DNA of 58,230 nt, the filler included, from Sphacelaria rigidula (taxonomy: Eukaryota): assembly GCA_964200075.2 (NCBI GenBank). It is 10 parts of 10 records of this genome, joined end to end, with 100 filler letters (N's around TTAATTAATTAA, not from the genome) between each part and the next. Parts side by side here need not be neighbours in the genome. Positions count along the whole stretch, not along the records: positions 35,000 to 40,732 come from CAXNAA020024874.1; positions 40,833 to 46,565 come from CAXNAA020024875.1; positions 46,666 to 52,398 come from CAXNAA020024876.1; 7 more parts are not named here. One strand, written 5' to 3'. Every line of letters starts with the position of its first letter. Position 1 is the stretch's first letter. Positions 37,501 to 50,490 of the stretch are shown in pieces. The notes beneath the pieces were generated by a model. The model was not told the origin of the DNA. It worked only from the letters and a program-made list of their open reading frames with translations, and searched no databases. A program made the translations under genes and the position numbers.

Positions 37501-38339
37501 CAGGAGGAGATTAGCATGGCCACCAAGCAAGGGTCAACTCAACGACCCCAGGCACCCTCATAGACAACTGCCAAAGCTTTTCGGAAACGGCAGATGCACT
37601 AGCGAGTGTACTGCCACTAGTTACTTCTCGGAGGTCCTCGATAGGCACTGGTCGAAGCCGCGGTTATTTCGCGCGGATCAGGTAATAATGTGGTACATAT
37701 TTGGTCATATTCCAAATACGCATTCTTCTTGTGTTGCCATTTCTGCGTGGCTTGACGAGTGCGACAGTACACCCTGTACAGCACCGCAAAAGAGAGTGAA
37801 GGGGGGTAGTTGCCGAGAGGGAGAGATGCTCGCTACGGCGGGCTCAAAGTAAGCGCGTTTGCGTCGTACTTGCCAGAGCGGCGATACTCCCGTGTTCGTC
37901 GCGGGGTTTCGGGATGCGGGAGATGCGTACTTTTTCTGCCTGGGCATGCGCCATTGCGTCATTGTTCGGTTTCGGATGTTGGGTAGGCAACGGACGAATA
38001 CAGTAGATTGCACTGCGTCGTGTTTATGTGTTACATGGTGTTGACGCGATACCATGAAGATTGTATTACAGTATTTTAATGAGGCTAGAGGACTGACTAG
38101 CTGTTGTTTTTGTCTCACGCCACCGCGAAGGCATAAGGTACTCTGCACAGTTCTCGATACACCACGCACACAGAAATCCACGCACTTCCGTTACCAACTG
38201 CGATTTGCTACCGCAAACTGTAGTACACCTGCAGACTACGAGAGCATATCAGCGGGTGAAAGTACTGTACCATAGACAGTCAAGACGAAGGAAGGGGAAT
38301 ACTTCGGATGTTTGAAGATACTCCGGAGGGCGGGGGGGT

Positions 38340-38582
38340 GGAGGTGTGCTCATGATCTTGCATTCGGCAGTCATAGGACCATTGACCTCGCATCCCTACA
38401 AAGCCGGGACGGAGCACGCCGGATTTTTGCCGGACCACGCTGGTAATCACCAAGCGCGAAGTGCGGTGATGTGTTCGGCGAGTCGCATCAAGGATGAGCT
38501 GCTACTAAGATTGTTCGGTCCGAAGCATACTAATTATCTTGCATGTGGTTGACAGCCACGGGTTACACTACCTCATGGGTGT
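38340..38582 (-). mobile_element. Longest copy of the 'ATGAGTAC+C-tract' family
   Basis: Contains the shared end and continues into GTTCGGCGAGTCGCAT.AAGG.TGAGC...TTATCTTGCATGTGG.TGACAGCC, which is also seen at 46666-46830; the adjoining 46743-46805 segment recurs at 40665-40732(-). Confidence 0.8.
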
Positions 38583-38875
38583 CTCACGATTAAAACATTT
38601 CGTAATGCCACCATCCCCTTTGCAGGGAATTGGGTTTCTCCACCTCACACAGTATGATGTAGCTCGAACACAATCATGGTTAACGCAAAAAAAAAAAAAC
38701 AAGCGAAAAAACGGCAACCTGATTGTCTAGCTTCCGCAATGAGTGGCGTGTCGTGTTGCGTTGTTGCCAACCGACGCCCGCCAACCCTCAAGCAGGTTGA
38801 GATGAGGAGGTGGAGGGGGGGTAGCGTGCGTCGCCTGTCCTCGTCTCATCTACTGCAAGTCATATTCCAGGGAGT

Positions 38876-39130
38876 TGATTGATTGATTGTCGCACTATAA
38901 CTGACCCCCAGGGGTCCAGCCGTGGTGTCATGATGGACGTACTCGAGGAAAACGGAATTCAAACACGCTCTAAGGGAAAAAAAAAAAGGAACGGAAAACA
39001 ATGGGAACAGAAGAAAAATAAGAGAAAGAGGGGTCGAACAGAACGACATAGCAGACTAAGTCGTGACGAAAAAAAGTAATAAAAATTCAACACGAGTAAA
39101 ACGCAGAAAGAAATGGCCGACCAAAAGCAA
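38876..39130 (-). mobile_element. LINE 3'UTR with (CAAT)n tail
   Basis: Near reverse complement of 11735-11945. Confidence 0.8.
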
Positions 39131-39659
39131 GAAGGAGGAAAACAAGAGGAAAGTACAAGTTGAAGAAAAAAAAGGTATTCGCGGTTATCGCGGTCGTTTA
39201 TTCTATTGGCCAACATCGGTTTGTAGCTGGTGATCAATCGGCACATTTTGCGGTGATATGCATCCCTGGTTTGGGTTTGGACCATCTTCGGGCGTTCTGG
39301 AGGCTGACAGTCCCACGCGCTTTCCGGCTTGTGCAGGAAGCGTCGTTGCCCAGATCAAATCGGCGCTGAGGGTTTTCGCTTCTCGGCATGCTTCCGGTTG
39401 AGGTCAAGTTTCGCGGGTTCGGGTGGAACCAGAAATAAAAATTGCCGACCATTTCACGGAGTCTTATCAAGTGCATTCCTGCCCTGCCCGGAAGACTTTG
39501 TGCACCCGAAACCCGAATACCTCCCCTGGATTATTGATGTTTCTAACATGTACAGGTTGCTGACAGTGCGCTAGTTGCTTTGCAGTTGTTTTCCGCGGGA
39601 GGGCTATGTGACGGCGGGTCTGGAGAGCAAGGTCCCGGCAATCCCCCTCAACCATGCGG

Positions 39660-40620
39660 TCGTATTGGGTATATTTACCCCAACACGAGTATTATGTGGG
39701 AGCTATTGCTGAACACCTCGAAAACATCAGGGGTCTAAAGGTTGGGCCTTTCGCTGTCAAAAGGTCAAGGGACCGGTTACGCATAGGTGTGAACAATGCG
39801 GCAGGATTTATCCTGCGGTCGTCACACCGTCGTAGGATGTTGAAGTGGATCAGCACAAATTCTGACCTATTCGAGTGTCTTCTATTCTTGAAGAGTTCAA
39901 CCGTGTTTTGTGCGCCACACGGTCAACACGCCCCGACCGCTAGCATAGCGTTCTTGTGTGCTATGCGTGAGATTTCAAAGCCACAGAACTTTCCCATGCT
40001 GGACCTGTGGACTTGGTTGATCCCATGTTCTCACTCTGCTGTGTGGGGGGGGCATTGCGAACGCTGTTCCCGACGATGTGAAGGGCTTGGGCTTCCGTAC
40101 ACTAACACATGCACAACAGGTCATATGCGTGTCCGATCCATCAAAGAAACACAGAAGGAACGATCCAAGGGGAGGATCGCCCACTCTAGAGCACCAATTA
40201 CGAGTCGGCCTCTAACGATGGCAAATGTAATCGCCTGTAAGTACCCCTCACCGTTCGTATTTGCTGGAAAGCTTGTGACTGTACAGACAAGCCCCTTTTG
40301 ATTCGGTTTGTATGCGAATCAACATACATTGGGAGTGACGCATCTGGAAATGGACCATGTGGATGCGTTTTGTCTCCTTTGCTTTGCCTTGTTTGCCTTG
40401 GCTTCAGAAAGAGGAAAAACTCCCCTGATTGAATCACAAAACATAGTTCATGCACCTCGTGGTAGCTCAGGTGCAAAGTAAACAACTCATCTTGGAGTAT
40501 TCATCCGTAGACTGTACGTTGAAGGAGCATGGCCCCGTGATGCCCTTGTATCTTGGTACCCCATCAAGCATGTAGCAAGTACCAAAGTATTTCCTGTGCT
40601 GATGTTTTGGTATTCCTGAG
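39660..40620 (-). mobile_element. Decayed Ty3/gypsy-like RT-RNase H remnant (tentative)
   Basis: Minus-strand fragments in gypsy order: CYMLDGV (YxDD-like), EVHELCFVIQSG, QSQAFQQIRT (connection), then RNase H-like pieces; many frameshifts. Confidence 0.35.
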
Positions 40621-40832
40621 GCAATTTGGGAGATTACCTTCCCCCCCCCCCACCTCTCGTCTAAAAGCTGTGGCTGTCTCTGGAAGTGGCGATACCACAG
40701 AATAAAGCAACTCATTGTAGGCTGTCATCCAANNNNNNNNNNNNNNNNNNNNNNNNNNNNNNNNNNNNNNNNNNNNTTAATTAATTAANNNNNNNNNNNN
40801 NNNNNNNNNNNNNNNNNNNNNNNNNNNNNNNN

Positions 40833-41328
40833 GGTAGGTGCTCAGGCAAGACGAAGAGACGACAGAAACTCTCCGCAGCTTGGTGTTTCGGGACATGGAA
40901 CATTTGGCACATGATAGTAAGATCAAGGATCCCAGTCTCTCGAGAATTCGGTAATCACCGAGCGGGGACACACAAAGGGCACGGACGAGGAGCTTCCCCT
41001 CTGTCGTTGCTTCTCTCTGGTGATACCGTCATCGACACGCGTGCACACCGCATTTCGTTGGGTGCACCTAGCCAGAGTTGATTAAACCTTGGACCGCGGT
41101 GCCCGTAGTCCATCTGGACCACGCGTGTACTTTTTCCAAGTGAATATCGAATATTGATGCCGATTCAGCAGGTGACCTACTCTCGCGGTCTGACGGTCAA
41201 GTCCTCCTGCGGAGTTTGGGGAGGGAAGATACTTTCGCTCTGTGTTACCCTTTCATATCTTCCCTGCAAGAAAAAAATGCGACTTCAGCCCCATTTTAGT
41301 GTTGATCCCGAAAATTTAAAATCGGCTG
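40833..41328. mobile_element. Older, diverged right arm of the ACAG foldback family
   Basis: Aligns with 43300-43686 (CACAAAGG.CACGG.CGAGGAGCTT..CTCTGTCGTTGC...GTCATCGACACGCGTG.ACACCGCA...GCTCTGTGTTAC); ends CGGCTGT. Confidence 0.8.
41086..41196. mobile_element. ~110-bp piggyBac-like MITE nested in the foldback arm
   Basis: Absent from the 43300-43686 arm; flanked by TTAA/TCAA; imperfect TIRs (GACCGCG...GTAG); homologues at ~7887-7988 and ~22882-22912. Confidence 0.55.
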
Positions 41329-41331
41329 TTA

Positions 41332-41708
41332 GTAGCGTATTTGAGGCCATACTCGACGCACTCAAATTTTGAGTAGAGTATTGAGGTCATACTCAAGTGA
41401 TACTCTATACACGAATATTACTGAGAGTGCTTACTCAACATTTTAGTAGAGCGTTTGAGACCATGCTCAACCTCCCCAAAAATTGAGTAGGGTGTTTGAG
41501 GCCGTACTCGACCTACTCAAAATTCGAGTAGAGTTTTGAGATCATACTCAAGTGATACTCTATACTCAAGTATTACCGAGAGTGCTTACTCAAAAATTGA
41601 GTAGAGTATTTGAGGCCGTACTCGACCTACTCAAACGTCGAGTAAAGTAAATAGTTGAGTATTTTACTCGAGTACCCAAGGGTACATACTCTATTCGACC
41701 TACCCTTG
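41332..41708. mobile_element. Right part of a CAAGGG-family element with 41-bp tandem units
   Basis: Repeated GAGTAGAGTATTTGAGGCCGTACTCGACCTACTC units; terminates TACTCTATTCGACCTACCCTTG, the reverse complement of the 6002 TIR. Confidence 0.85.
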
Positions 41709-41724
41709 AAAGGATCAAGATATA

Positions 41725-43686
41725 ACAGCGGATCCTGAAAAATGGGGTCGATATAAAAAATGAGGTTCAAGTGGCACATCTTTTTTGCAGGGATGACGCG
41801 AAACAGTAACACAGAGCGAAACCATGTTTCCCCCAAAACTCTGCAGTAGTGAATCATCGGTTGTGGCTACATGCACCGAACGACTGCGGTGTACACGCGT
41901 GTCGATGACGATACCACGAGGCAAGCAAGGACAGAGAGGAAGCTCCTCGCCCGTGTCCTTTGTGTGCCCTCGCTGGGTGATTACCGATCGCTCGAGAGAC
42001 TGTCATCATGCATGTTACCAGCCCTCACCGAATTGCTCATGTGCCGGTAGATATCCCCAGAGAGCATCGAGCTGCGGAGGGATTTCGTCTCATCTTGTCT
42101 CTGGAGCTCATCAACGCGAATATCGATTTCTCGTCACGACCCCAAGAGCCTGCCATAGGCCAGTTGGGGTGTGTGTGTGAGATCAAACACCTGTGGAGAC
42201 CTTCTTGACATGCGGAGTGGGACACAATACCTATGGTGGTGACCTAACTGTTGGTAGCGTGGTGCAGAGGGGTGCGTCAGCTGCATTCTGGAGCTTTCGT
42301 TGCTCGACTCTTTCGACTCCCGTTTCCAGAGCGTCTGCCGAGAGGTCACACACGGTAGCAATACGTTATTATGTACCCAAATTCGGTACAGCTATGGAAG
42401 CAAAACAGTTCGGTTTTCGAAACTACGTCCAGATCATTGAAATGACTCTTGTTACCTGAGGAACTGCGGCTTCCCCGTTCCCCCGCCAGGTATGAAAGAA
42501 GAACGACAGAGGTTTTGGGAGTGCGAGTAACGCCCACGGGGGAACACAGAATTTCTCTTGTATGAAAACCCCCGTTTCCTACCTTCAAACAGTTTTATCC
42601 CCGTTGCTTGGTAATAAGCACGTTAAACTGTCGATTCGTATTTGGTACTGTACTGATTGGCGGATGCCAGTGCCAGCAAAGTTTGATAGTGCTGATCGAC
42701 AGTATCGTCGAACGTTTGACCGAACTCAAAGCGGGCACTTTCCCTCGGGTAACAAGAGTCATTTCAATGATCTGGACGTAGTTTCGAAAACCGAACTGTT
42801 TTGCTTCCATAGCTGTACCGAATTTGGGTACATAATAACATGTTATTACCGTGTGTGACCTCTCGGCAGACGCTCTGGAAACGGGAGTCAGTAGAGTAGA
42901 GCAACGAAAGTTCCAGATTGCAGCTGACGCACCCCTCTGCACCACGCTACCAACAGTTAGGTCACCACCACAGGTATCGTTTTTCACTCCGCATGTCAAG
43001 AAGGTCTCCACAAGTGTTTGATCTCTCACACACACACCCCTCATCTGGCCTGTGGCAGGCTTTTGCGGTCGTGCGCCTGGATGGTCAGATATGTCACGTC
43101 GGGTAAAATCAACGATGAATAACACTCTCCAAGCTCAAAATGGATCATCTGTTATTTTTGCCGCAGCGCGCCGTCCTTGCTGGCATATGTGTGACAGAGA
43201 ACAGTAGTAGCGGTGACAGGAGCATTACCCTGTTTTTCGGCGCACAAAGACGCGTCCTGTCCAAAACGAGAGGCAGGGAGAAATCGATACTCGCGTTGAT
43301 GAGCTCCAGAGACAAGATGAGACGAAATCCCTCCGCAGCTCGATGCTCTCTGGGGATATCTACCGGCACATGAGCAATCTGGTAAGTGCTGGTAAAATGC
43401 ATGATGACAGTCTCCCGAGCGATCGGTAACCACCCAGCGAGGGCACACAAAGGACACGGGCGAGGAGCTTCCTCTCTGTCGTTGCCTGTCTCGTGATATC
43501 GTCATCGACACGCGTGTACACCGCAGTCGTTCGGTGCATGTAGCCACAACCGATGATTCGCTGATGCAAAGTTTTGGGGGGAAACATAATTTTGCTCTGT
43601 GTTACTGTTTCGCGTCATCCCCGCAAAAAAGATGTGCCACTTGAACCTCATTTTTTATATCGACCCCATTTTTCAGGATCCGCTGT
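41725..43686. mobile_element. 1962-bp non-autonomous foldback element, ~735-bp inverted arms, 6-bp TSD
   Basis: 41725-42461 is the reverse complement of 42743-43686 apart from an extra ~205 bp (43074-43277) in the right arm; termini ACAGCGGATCCTGAAAAATGGGGTCG / CGACCCCATTTTTCAGGATCCGCTGT; GATATA at 41719-41724 and 43687-43692. Confidence 0.95.
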
Positions 43687-46665
43687 GATATATATGTTGT
43701 CAAATCCAAAAAAGCAGATATAACACAGCAGTACGTTTTGTGATGGTCTATGAAGCCGTTTCATCTACAGTTTTTTATAGCAGAAGTAAGGAAGTAGAGA
43801 GACCTTGCACCAAGGGCTTACGTACAGACAGGTTATGCGTAGAGGTCAATCGTAGAGTTTCGTATGACATAGTCTCAAGCACATACAGTCGGACATAGGG
43901 GCCAAGGAATGCGTTGGTCAAGACAAGTGGGCCGAGAGCTGGTGGGTCGAGTACCGAACAGTTAATCGTATGGTTTCGAGTACGTGTTCAATCGTAGGGG
44001 TCTGAGAGACGTGGAATTTGTTGAAGAGTTTAGAGCTTGCGCTCACGCACACAGCGATCACTCTCCTCACTTTCCTCTCCAGCTACTTTTCAACTCCCTG
44101 TTTGAAGGAGAAACTGAGATTTGAATTCCATGTTGGCCAACTAAGCGCCTGTGAAAGCTATCGACTTCTTCATTTTCCTGCACGGCGCAAGTGAGCTTCA
44201 CCGCCACTGCGCACCCTCTGGAAGCTTTTGCCATTTGATAACAGTCGAGTTAGCTTCTGTCCGTGGGACAGCCGAGCATTTATGTTTGAATACCGTGGAA
44301 CAGCAAGCCGCACACTATTTCCAATAACACACACCGTACGACAGGATCATCGAAAATATATCACACGACGGCCCATAACCCCCCCCCCCCCTCTCTCCCC
44401 TACCCTGGCTTCTCTCGTGTTCCTTCTGGTTGGGGAATAAAGACTACACTACTTTGTATCTCCAGTGCGTACAACCCGAGGTGGCTCTCTCTTGCTGCCC
44501 CACTAGTCCTACGACTGACGATCGGTCCGGCGTTCGGAACGCTTCAAGTATTGAGAAACGATATTCTGATGCTTGGCTTGCTTGTATCATCACTTGCGCG
44601 AGGCGGAACGGGCTGGAGCAGCACTTCCACGCGCTCTTTCGTTAACGTCGGAGTTCACGGCGGCAGACACCTTCAAGCAAGCATTCTTCTCCCAGCTCCT
44701 GCAGGAAATAAATTCTGCCACGAGTGGTGCCTATAAAGTTAATCCAAGGTCTAAGAAATGAAAGTTGCGATCCCATTCCGGGAACTGAACTGATCCCGCA
44801 ATCTCACCGATCGACGAGTTTGAACATCATCTCATGAACCACAGGGCACACGTTCATCCGAAGCGTGGAGGACGCAGAATCGAAGCCGTTCACTTCTTTC
44901 TCCCGGCAGACGAGCATCATCACGACAGGTATCAACAATACGCCCCGGGTGGCATCACACTACATATCCTACTTGACTAAGGGAGGAGGGGGGGGGGGGA
45001 TGCCTGCCTTGCGCCAACCCAAAAAACAATTGCGCCCTTCTTTGCCATCCCCCTACGCATCGCTATTCTCGCAAGACAGCTCAAACTTTCCGCCGACGAG
45101 AAAAGGCTCGATTTCTGCCGTGAAAACCACGTACAATGGTTGCAAGATGAAGGACCGCACTGCTCTTGATCGATCAAAACCCGTCCTGTGCAAAGACGGT
45201 GGTATAGATGAAGGGTTTGGTGTGATGATGTGCTGCAGTAGCCTCGGTCAAAATCAAAAAGCACGAGGAGGGAGTGTTGTTGTCACAATGTCGACATACA
45301 CACGTCGTCTGCAGCATACAAACAGTGGAAACGTGCACGGGTCCATGCACGCACACTGTCGTGCAGTCGGATAGACAATACTCGCGGGACAAATAGATTA
45401 ACTTCTGCTATGCGCAATTACAGAAATCATCAAGAACTGTACTACATCGCTCTCCCTATTGTACCCGGTTCATTTCATAGATAAATATGTTCGACTGACT
45501 GCACATGCGACTGGCTACTGGTGGCGGATCAGTTCAGGCGCTACTGTCCCTCGTGCCACCATTTTCTCGGAGCAATTGTCCGTACACAGCTCTCGCCAAG
45601 TTCCCCACAGCAGGCCCGCCGCAAAAATAAACCACCTGCTCGATCACGGCACAAGGCGGATAAGTCAGGTTGGGGTGACCCTAGATGAGGAACGTATTCC
45701 CGTCACTATTCAAGCAACCGAGTCAACAGAGGCTTGAGACTGTTCACCTCGTGTCGTAAATACAGCTGAGGGAAAGGTCAGGTATTGGTCGGCCAACGTG
45801 GGTGTAAGCTCCAGGAAGGCCAGGGCTGAGCGTCTGTAAGGAAACACACGTGAATGGTATTTTCCTCGAAAATCAGCCCTATATAGGGTTTTTCATGGCC
45901 GGCTGGGCGTACCAAGTTGCGCGATAACATTAAATCAATATCGCTAGAGAGCGGGGTGGGTTGGCGAGGAGTTCAGGATCCGACTGTGAATATTTTCTTG
46001 CATTTCGGGGAAATTTCTGTGCTAATTTCAGCTCACAACTTTATAGGGCTGGGATTGTGGCAAGCGCTGAGTTCTTAGCTCTGAGGCTCTCAGTCCTAAG
46101 GAAGACTAATCACTTTGCTACAGACACTTGAACTGCAGAAAAAATCTTCCGGGCAGCCCTGAGTTCTGAGAGCTTCAGCTCATCGGTGGTCGACTCAGCT
46201 GGTCAGGTTTCTTTTCGACTGATTCTCGAGCACTGAAAAGCTTACCCCGCCCCCAACATATATGTGTTGTTTTATTCTTCCGACAGTGCTGGATGCCAAA
46301 AACGTGGATCACGGGGTAGCAAGTCAGAGCATCCATCAGAAACAGCACATGGCATGGGTGACGAGATGAACAATTTCGAGCACATTCTTCATTCTCTCGC
46401 AAAAGCGTCCAACAAAAAATAGCAGCGGTTGCCTGACCCAGGTTGCTTCAAACAAGTCAAGTGTACTACCGTGCCTTATACGACACGACACTGGCACGTC
46501 CCACGTCACCGGTACTTTGCAAGGCATCCTCTAGACTCTTGGGTTGGCGTCGAGTGGCAACGGCGNNNNNNNNNNNNNNNNNNNNNNNNNNNNNNNNNNN
46601 NNNNNNNNNTTAATTAATTAANNNNNNNNNNNNNNNNNNNNNNNNNNNNNNNNNNNNNNNNNNNN

Positions 46666-46900
46666 GTTCGGCGAGTCGCATGAAGGGTGAGCCACATCCT
46701 GCCAAGATTATTCGGCCCGAAGCCTACTGATTATCTTGCATGTGGATGACAGCCTACAATGAGTTGCTCTTTTATCTCGTATTGCCACTTCCAGAGACAG
46801 CCATGGCTTATGCACTGCCTCATGGGTAGGTGGGGGGTACTCATTTATTGCTCGCCTCACTCATGTGACCATGGACCACGCATCCCTTTCGAGACGGAGA
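46666..46900 (-). mobile_element. Internal part of the 'ATGAGTAC' family plus an adjacent variant-B end
   Basis: Matches 38473-38580; followed by GGGGGGTACTCATTTATTGCTCGCCT..GACCATGGACCACGCATCCCTTTCGAGACGGAG. Confidence 0.75.
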
Positions 46901-48755
46901 TCCGTTTCTTCTGCTAAAAGAGACACCTCTCAACATTTGGGCGCTCATCACGTTATGTATTTTTTATACTACGCACAAAAACCGTTTCACACGTCTTGAT
47001 TGTCCACTTCCTGTTCATCGTCTTTGACCATCATCCTCCTCCTCGTACAGCATTCGTTTTCCCGGCACTATCCCATGTACAAAAGGAGGGGGGGGGGGGG
47101 GGGGGGTAGAAAACAGGGAAAATAAAAAAAAAAAAAACATTGGGGAGGGACAGGGTTCTCGGCGGGGGGNNNNNNNNNNCCCCACCCGCATGGGCATTGC
47201 AGCGGCTGGAGAGGGGGGGAGGGGGGGGGGGATGTGGGGGGGGGGGAGGGGGGGGATTAAAATCGTGACAAGAAAAAAATACAAAAACTTATTGGAGTAC
47301 CAGTGTTACCGCCGGAGGGTGGTGGAACATTTTACTCGTAGGACAGATCACCATCTATCTGGAATAACTAGTCAAAGAAGACTCTCGGGTGCGTTGATTC
47401 GATAACGCGGAATATGTGACGGTGGACTCGGAAAAGCCAAAGCGCAGCCTCTGCGCCACTCGGCGTCTGGTGCTGTAGGGAGCAAACATAGAAAAGGAGG
47501 ACCAAATGAATGATCTGGATCATGGATCAGAATACTGAGAGTTGAGCAATTTACCGACAGATTATCATTTAGCTGACGTGTAGAACATTTGTATGTGTTT
47601 TTTTTTGCTTGGTAGTGAGTTAGGTTACCGAGTGGACGGTGGCGTTTTCGACCGCAGTAATGCTGGGTTCACGGGACGTGTGGTTCACGGGACGTGTGGG
47701 TCCCGTGCATCCTGCTGGCTCCGGTTGTCGTGGGCGAGACAGCGTGTAATGAGACAGCATCTAAATAAATACTCTTCTCCAAATCGTGCCCCTGCCACGA
47801 CATATACCACAGTACCTACACACATACATACACGCACCTGTCGCCACTTCTCGATGTATCATGCAACGCGCTCAATTGAGCGTGGCGGTGGGAGCCACCG
47901 AAACTCACGTATATAGTTCTCACTGAAGGGGTCGTTAGTCAAACGACGAAGGCAAGCAACGAATGAGTACGCCCTCCCCCTCCCACCCCGGGGAAACAAC
48001 GCACAATGGGCATGAATGATAACCCGAGTGTTGTTGCAATGATGTCTTATGGGGTTCGACCAGAACTAGGCCCCACCTCTGCCTAGCCCCGCTAGAGAGC
48101 ATGATGCTGGCGAGTGCCCGCAAGCTCTCTCGGGTGGGTCCGCAAAGGTGCTTTCCGTCAGCGACGCACACAATCTTGGACATGCAGTTTGGTACTTCTC
48201 ACAGTCACATAAAAGGATGAAGCAAGATATGACATACAAAAAAAATGTACAGTATGCTGAGGTCATGCTCTTGTTGTTTGTCTCTTGTTCATTATTTCTA
48301 TAATTAGATTCCCTCCCCATTTGCTCCTGCCTCCTGTGCCTCCCACCCGCTACCCTCTCTCTTCCTCCCTCTCTCTCTCTCTCGCTCATCTCTTCCCCTT
48401 CGCCTGCCCGTCTGCTTCATCTCTCTGTTCCTCCCCTACTGCAATGGATCTCTTTCTTCACTATCCCACCCTCGTCTGTCTTTTTACCTGGCTACCTCCC
48501 CCCTGCCTCCCCGTGTAGATGTCTTCCTCTAGTCGGCAGCTCCCTTCCTGTGTCCTCCGCCTCCCCCCTCCGTACCGCCCCTCCGTATCTCACTCATCTC
48601 GCTTTACCTTCACCGATTACTTTGAAAAAAAATTATACAAAATCAATCTCCTCTGCGCGTCTGCCTTCCTGCTTGCCTTCCCGCCTGTACCCGTGCCGGT
48701 CTAATTCCGCCTATTTATGCCTACTTCTGTCCATCCCCCCATCTCTGCTTCGCAC

Positions 48756-48934
48756 CTGTTCTTGACCATGACATATCCCAGCTGTAACGGCTTCCTTACG
48801 TTGTGCAAAACGGCCAGCACCTCATCTTCGTTACCCGGACCAATGAGATCAGGCTTGGTCAAGACCCCGATTGTTCGTTCGCCCCTTGGATCTACCTTCT
48901 GCGCGCGCTCCAAGATATCAACCGTCGCAATATC
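48756..48934 (-). CDS. Mx-like dynamin, exon containing G4
   Basis: TAAG|...AG|GTGCGA; DIATVDILERAQKVDPRGERTIGVLTKPDLI...LGYVMVKNR (TKPD = G4). Confidence 0.92.
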
Positions 48935-49380
48935 CTTATATGATGGCGACAAAAGGGCCGAGGGGGGAAAGGGTTGGATGATGCCGCATGTAGAGGATGG
49001 GAACGGAGGACACGGATATTGATGGAGAGGGAGAGGGAGGGGGAGAAGGAGATCGGGGGATCGGATCTTTTCAGAGTATAAACGACATTGATTCAAAGGC
49101 GAGCAGCCCAGACATGAAAATTACAAGAAAAAAAAGAAAAAAAAGAAAAAAAACGAAGCACGGGTGCGGCGTATTCAGCATATATCTCCAAATGGCGTGG
49201 CTATGGAGGTTTCAGAGCGAAGGCGGTGTTTGTGGCGCGTTATTTCAGTTCCGTTTATTTGTCCAGCATAATGCCTTATTTTTCAAAGAGGGAAAAAAGA
49301 AGGTACATATTTTCCACAACATCCTAATACTACTACTTACGATAACATAATAATGATGGCAACAACGAAGTTGACAATAA

Positions 49381-49381
49381 T

Positions 49382-49421
<40 letters not shown>

Positions 49422-49433
49422 GCAGCAGCAGCA
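49381..49433 (+). repeat. (ACA)n/(GCA)n microsatellite in the dynamin intron
   Basis: Read directly from the sequence. Confidence 0.9.
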
Positions 49434-49528
49434 ATACTGTTTACAATAGAACTTGCAGACAGCTACTAGCTCATCCCGTCCGAACGACAAAAAAAGTAAC
49501 GACGATATCTCTCCTCTCCTCTCCTCAC

Positions 49529-49600
49529 CTGGTTGGCGGGGATCACGCAGAGGATGATGGTGCGTTCCTGCTCCAGGAAGGACTCAATCAAGTGGTTCAC
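49529..49600 (-). CDS. Mx-like dynamin, next exon
   Basis: GAAG|...CAG|GTGAGG, 24 codons VNHLIESFLEQERTIILCVIPANQ, in phase with both neighbours; too short for the ORF track. Confidence 0.9.
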
Positions 49601-50490
49601 CTTCAGCGGAAAATATTTTTTTCAATCGTGTTTCGGAAAATGTTTCTTAGTATTTTAGAGTCAGAGTGGAAAGAGAAAAAGCCGGCAACGGTCAACTTTT
49701 CACAGTCACAATCCTGTTCCTGTTTGGAGATTAAACCATAGCAGAACAAAACTCGGGAGAGTGAATACCCAGGCATTTACCCTGCCCCAAAACGCCCTGG
49801 AAGCTTTCCTTCCGACCCAACCTCCTCTCCTCCCTTCCCTCCCCAACTCAGGTCCTACACGTACTACTGAAGACCTGTGCGCTCAAGAGCATCATCGCAA
49901 AAGTTGACGAACGCCCGGCGCATGCAGTATTGCAAAGTTACATTACGAGTTAAGGGTTTAACTATTAACCAAGAGTTTCTTCACCTTTTTCACTTTCCCA
50001 AAATTCCTCGTAAAAATTGGAACTTTCCCCCGCCTCTTCTCCAGACAAGAATATGCCGGGAAAAAAAAACTTCAGATGCTCAATTTTCGGAGAAACCTGT
50101 AGTCAACCTTCCATTGATCCATGGCATGAACTGTGATGAAATATGCTCTCGTACATTTTGGATAAAACATTTCGTGTTTTCCGCCGAAAAATTCGGAGAT
50201 TTTTATGGGGGAAAGCAGCACGTAAACAGTACCTCTTTTGTCGTCCTGATCACACCGACCATACATTCAACACCTTTATTTTTTCCACCTGTGTAGTCTT
50301 TCCCTGTCAGCAACTTGCGGCAGAGAGTTTGATGATGAATTTTTATATGTTCCATGTAGAGTTAGATTACTGAAAAAAACAAAAACAAACAGAAACATTA
50401 TTTTCATCCTATCAATTTACATACTGCCTGTCGTGCGCTAAATCCCTCCTTGAAAACTATACGAGAACAACACATAAACACCGTGTGTAC

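Noticed and set aside
42193..43125. Paired ORFs on opposite strands (…MEAKQFGFRNYVQIIEMTLVT)
   Set aside because: A by-product of the inverted arms; no transposase motifs.
43700..46565. Possible retroelement or gene remnants
   Set aside because: No motif, splice-consistent exon chain or terminal repeat could be supported by eye.
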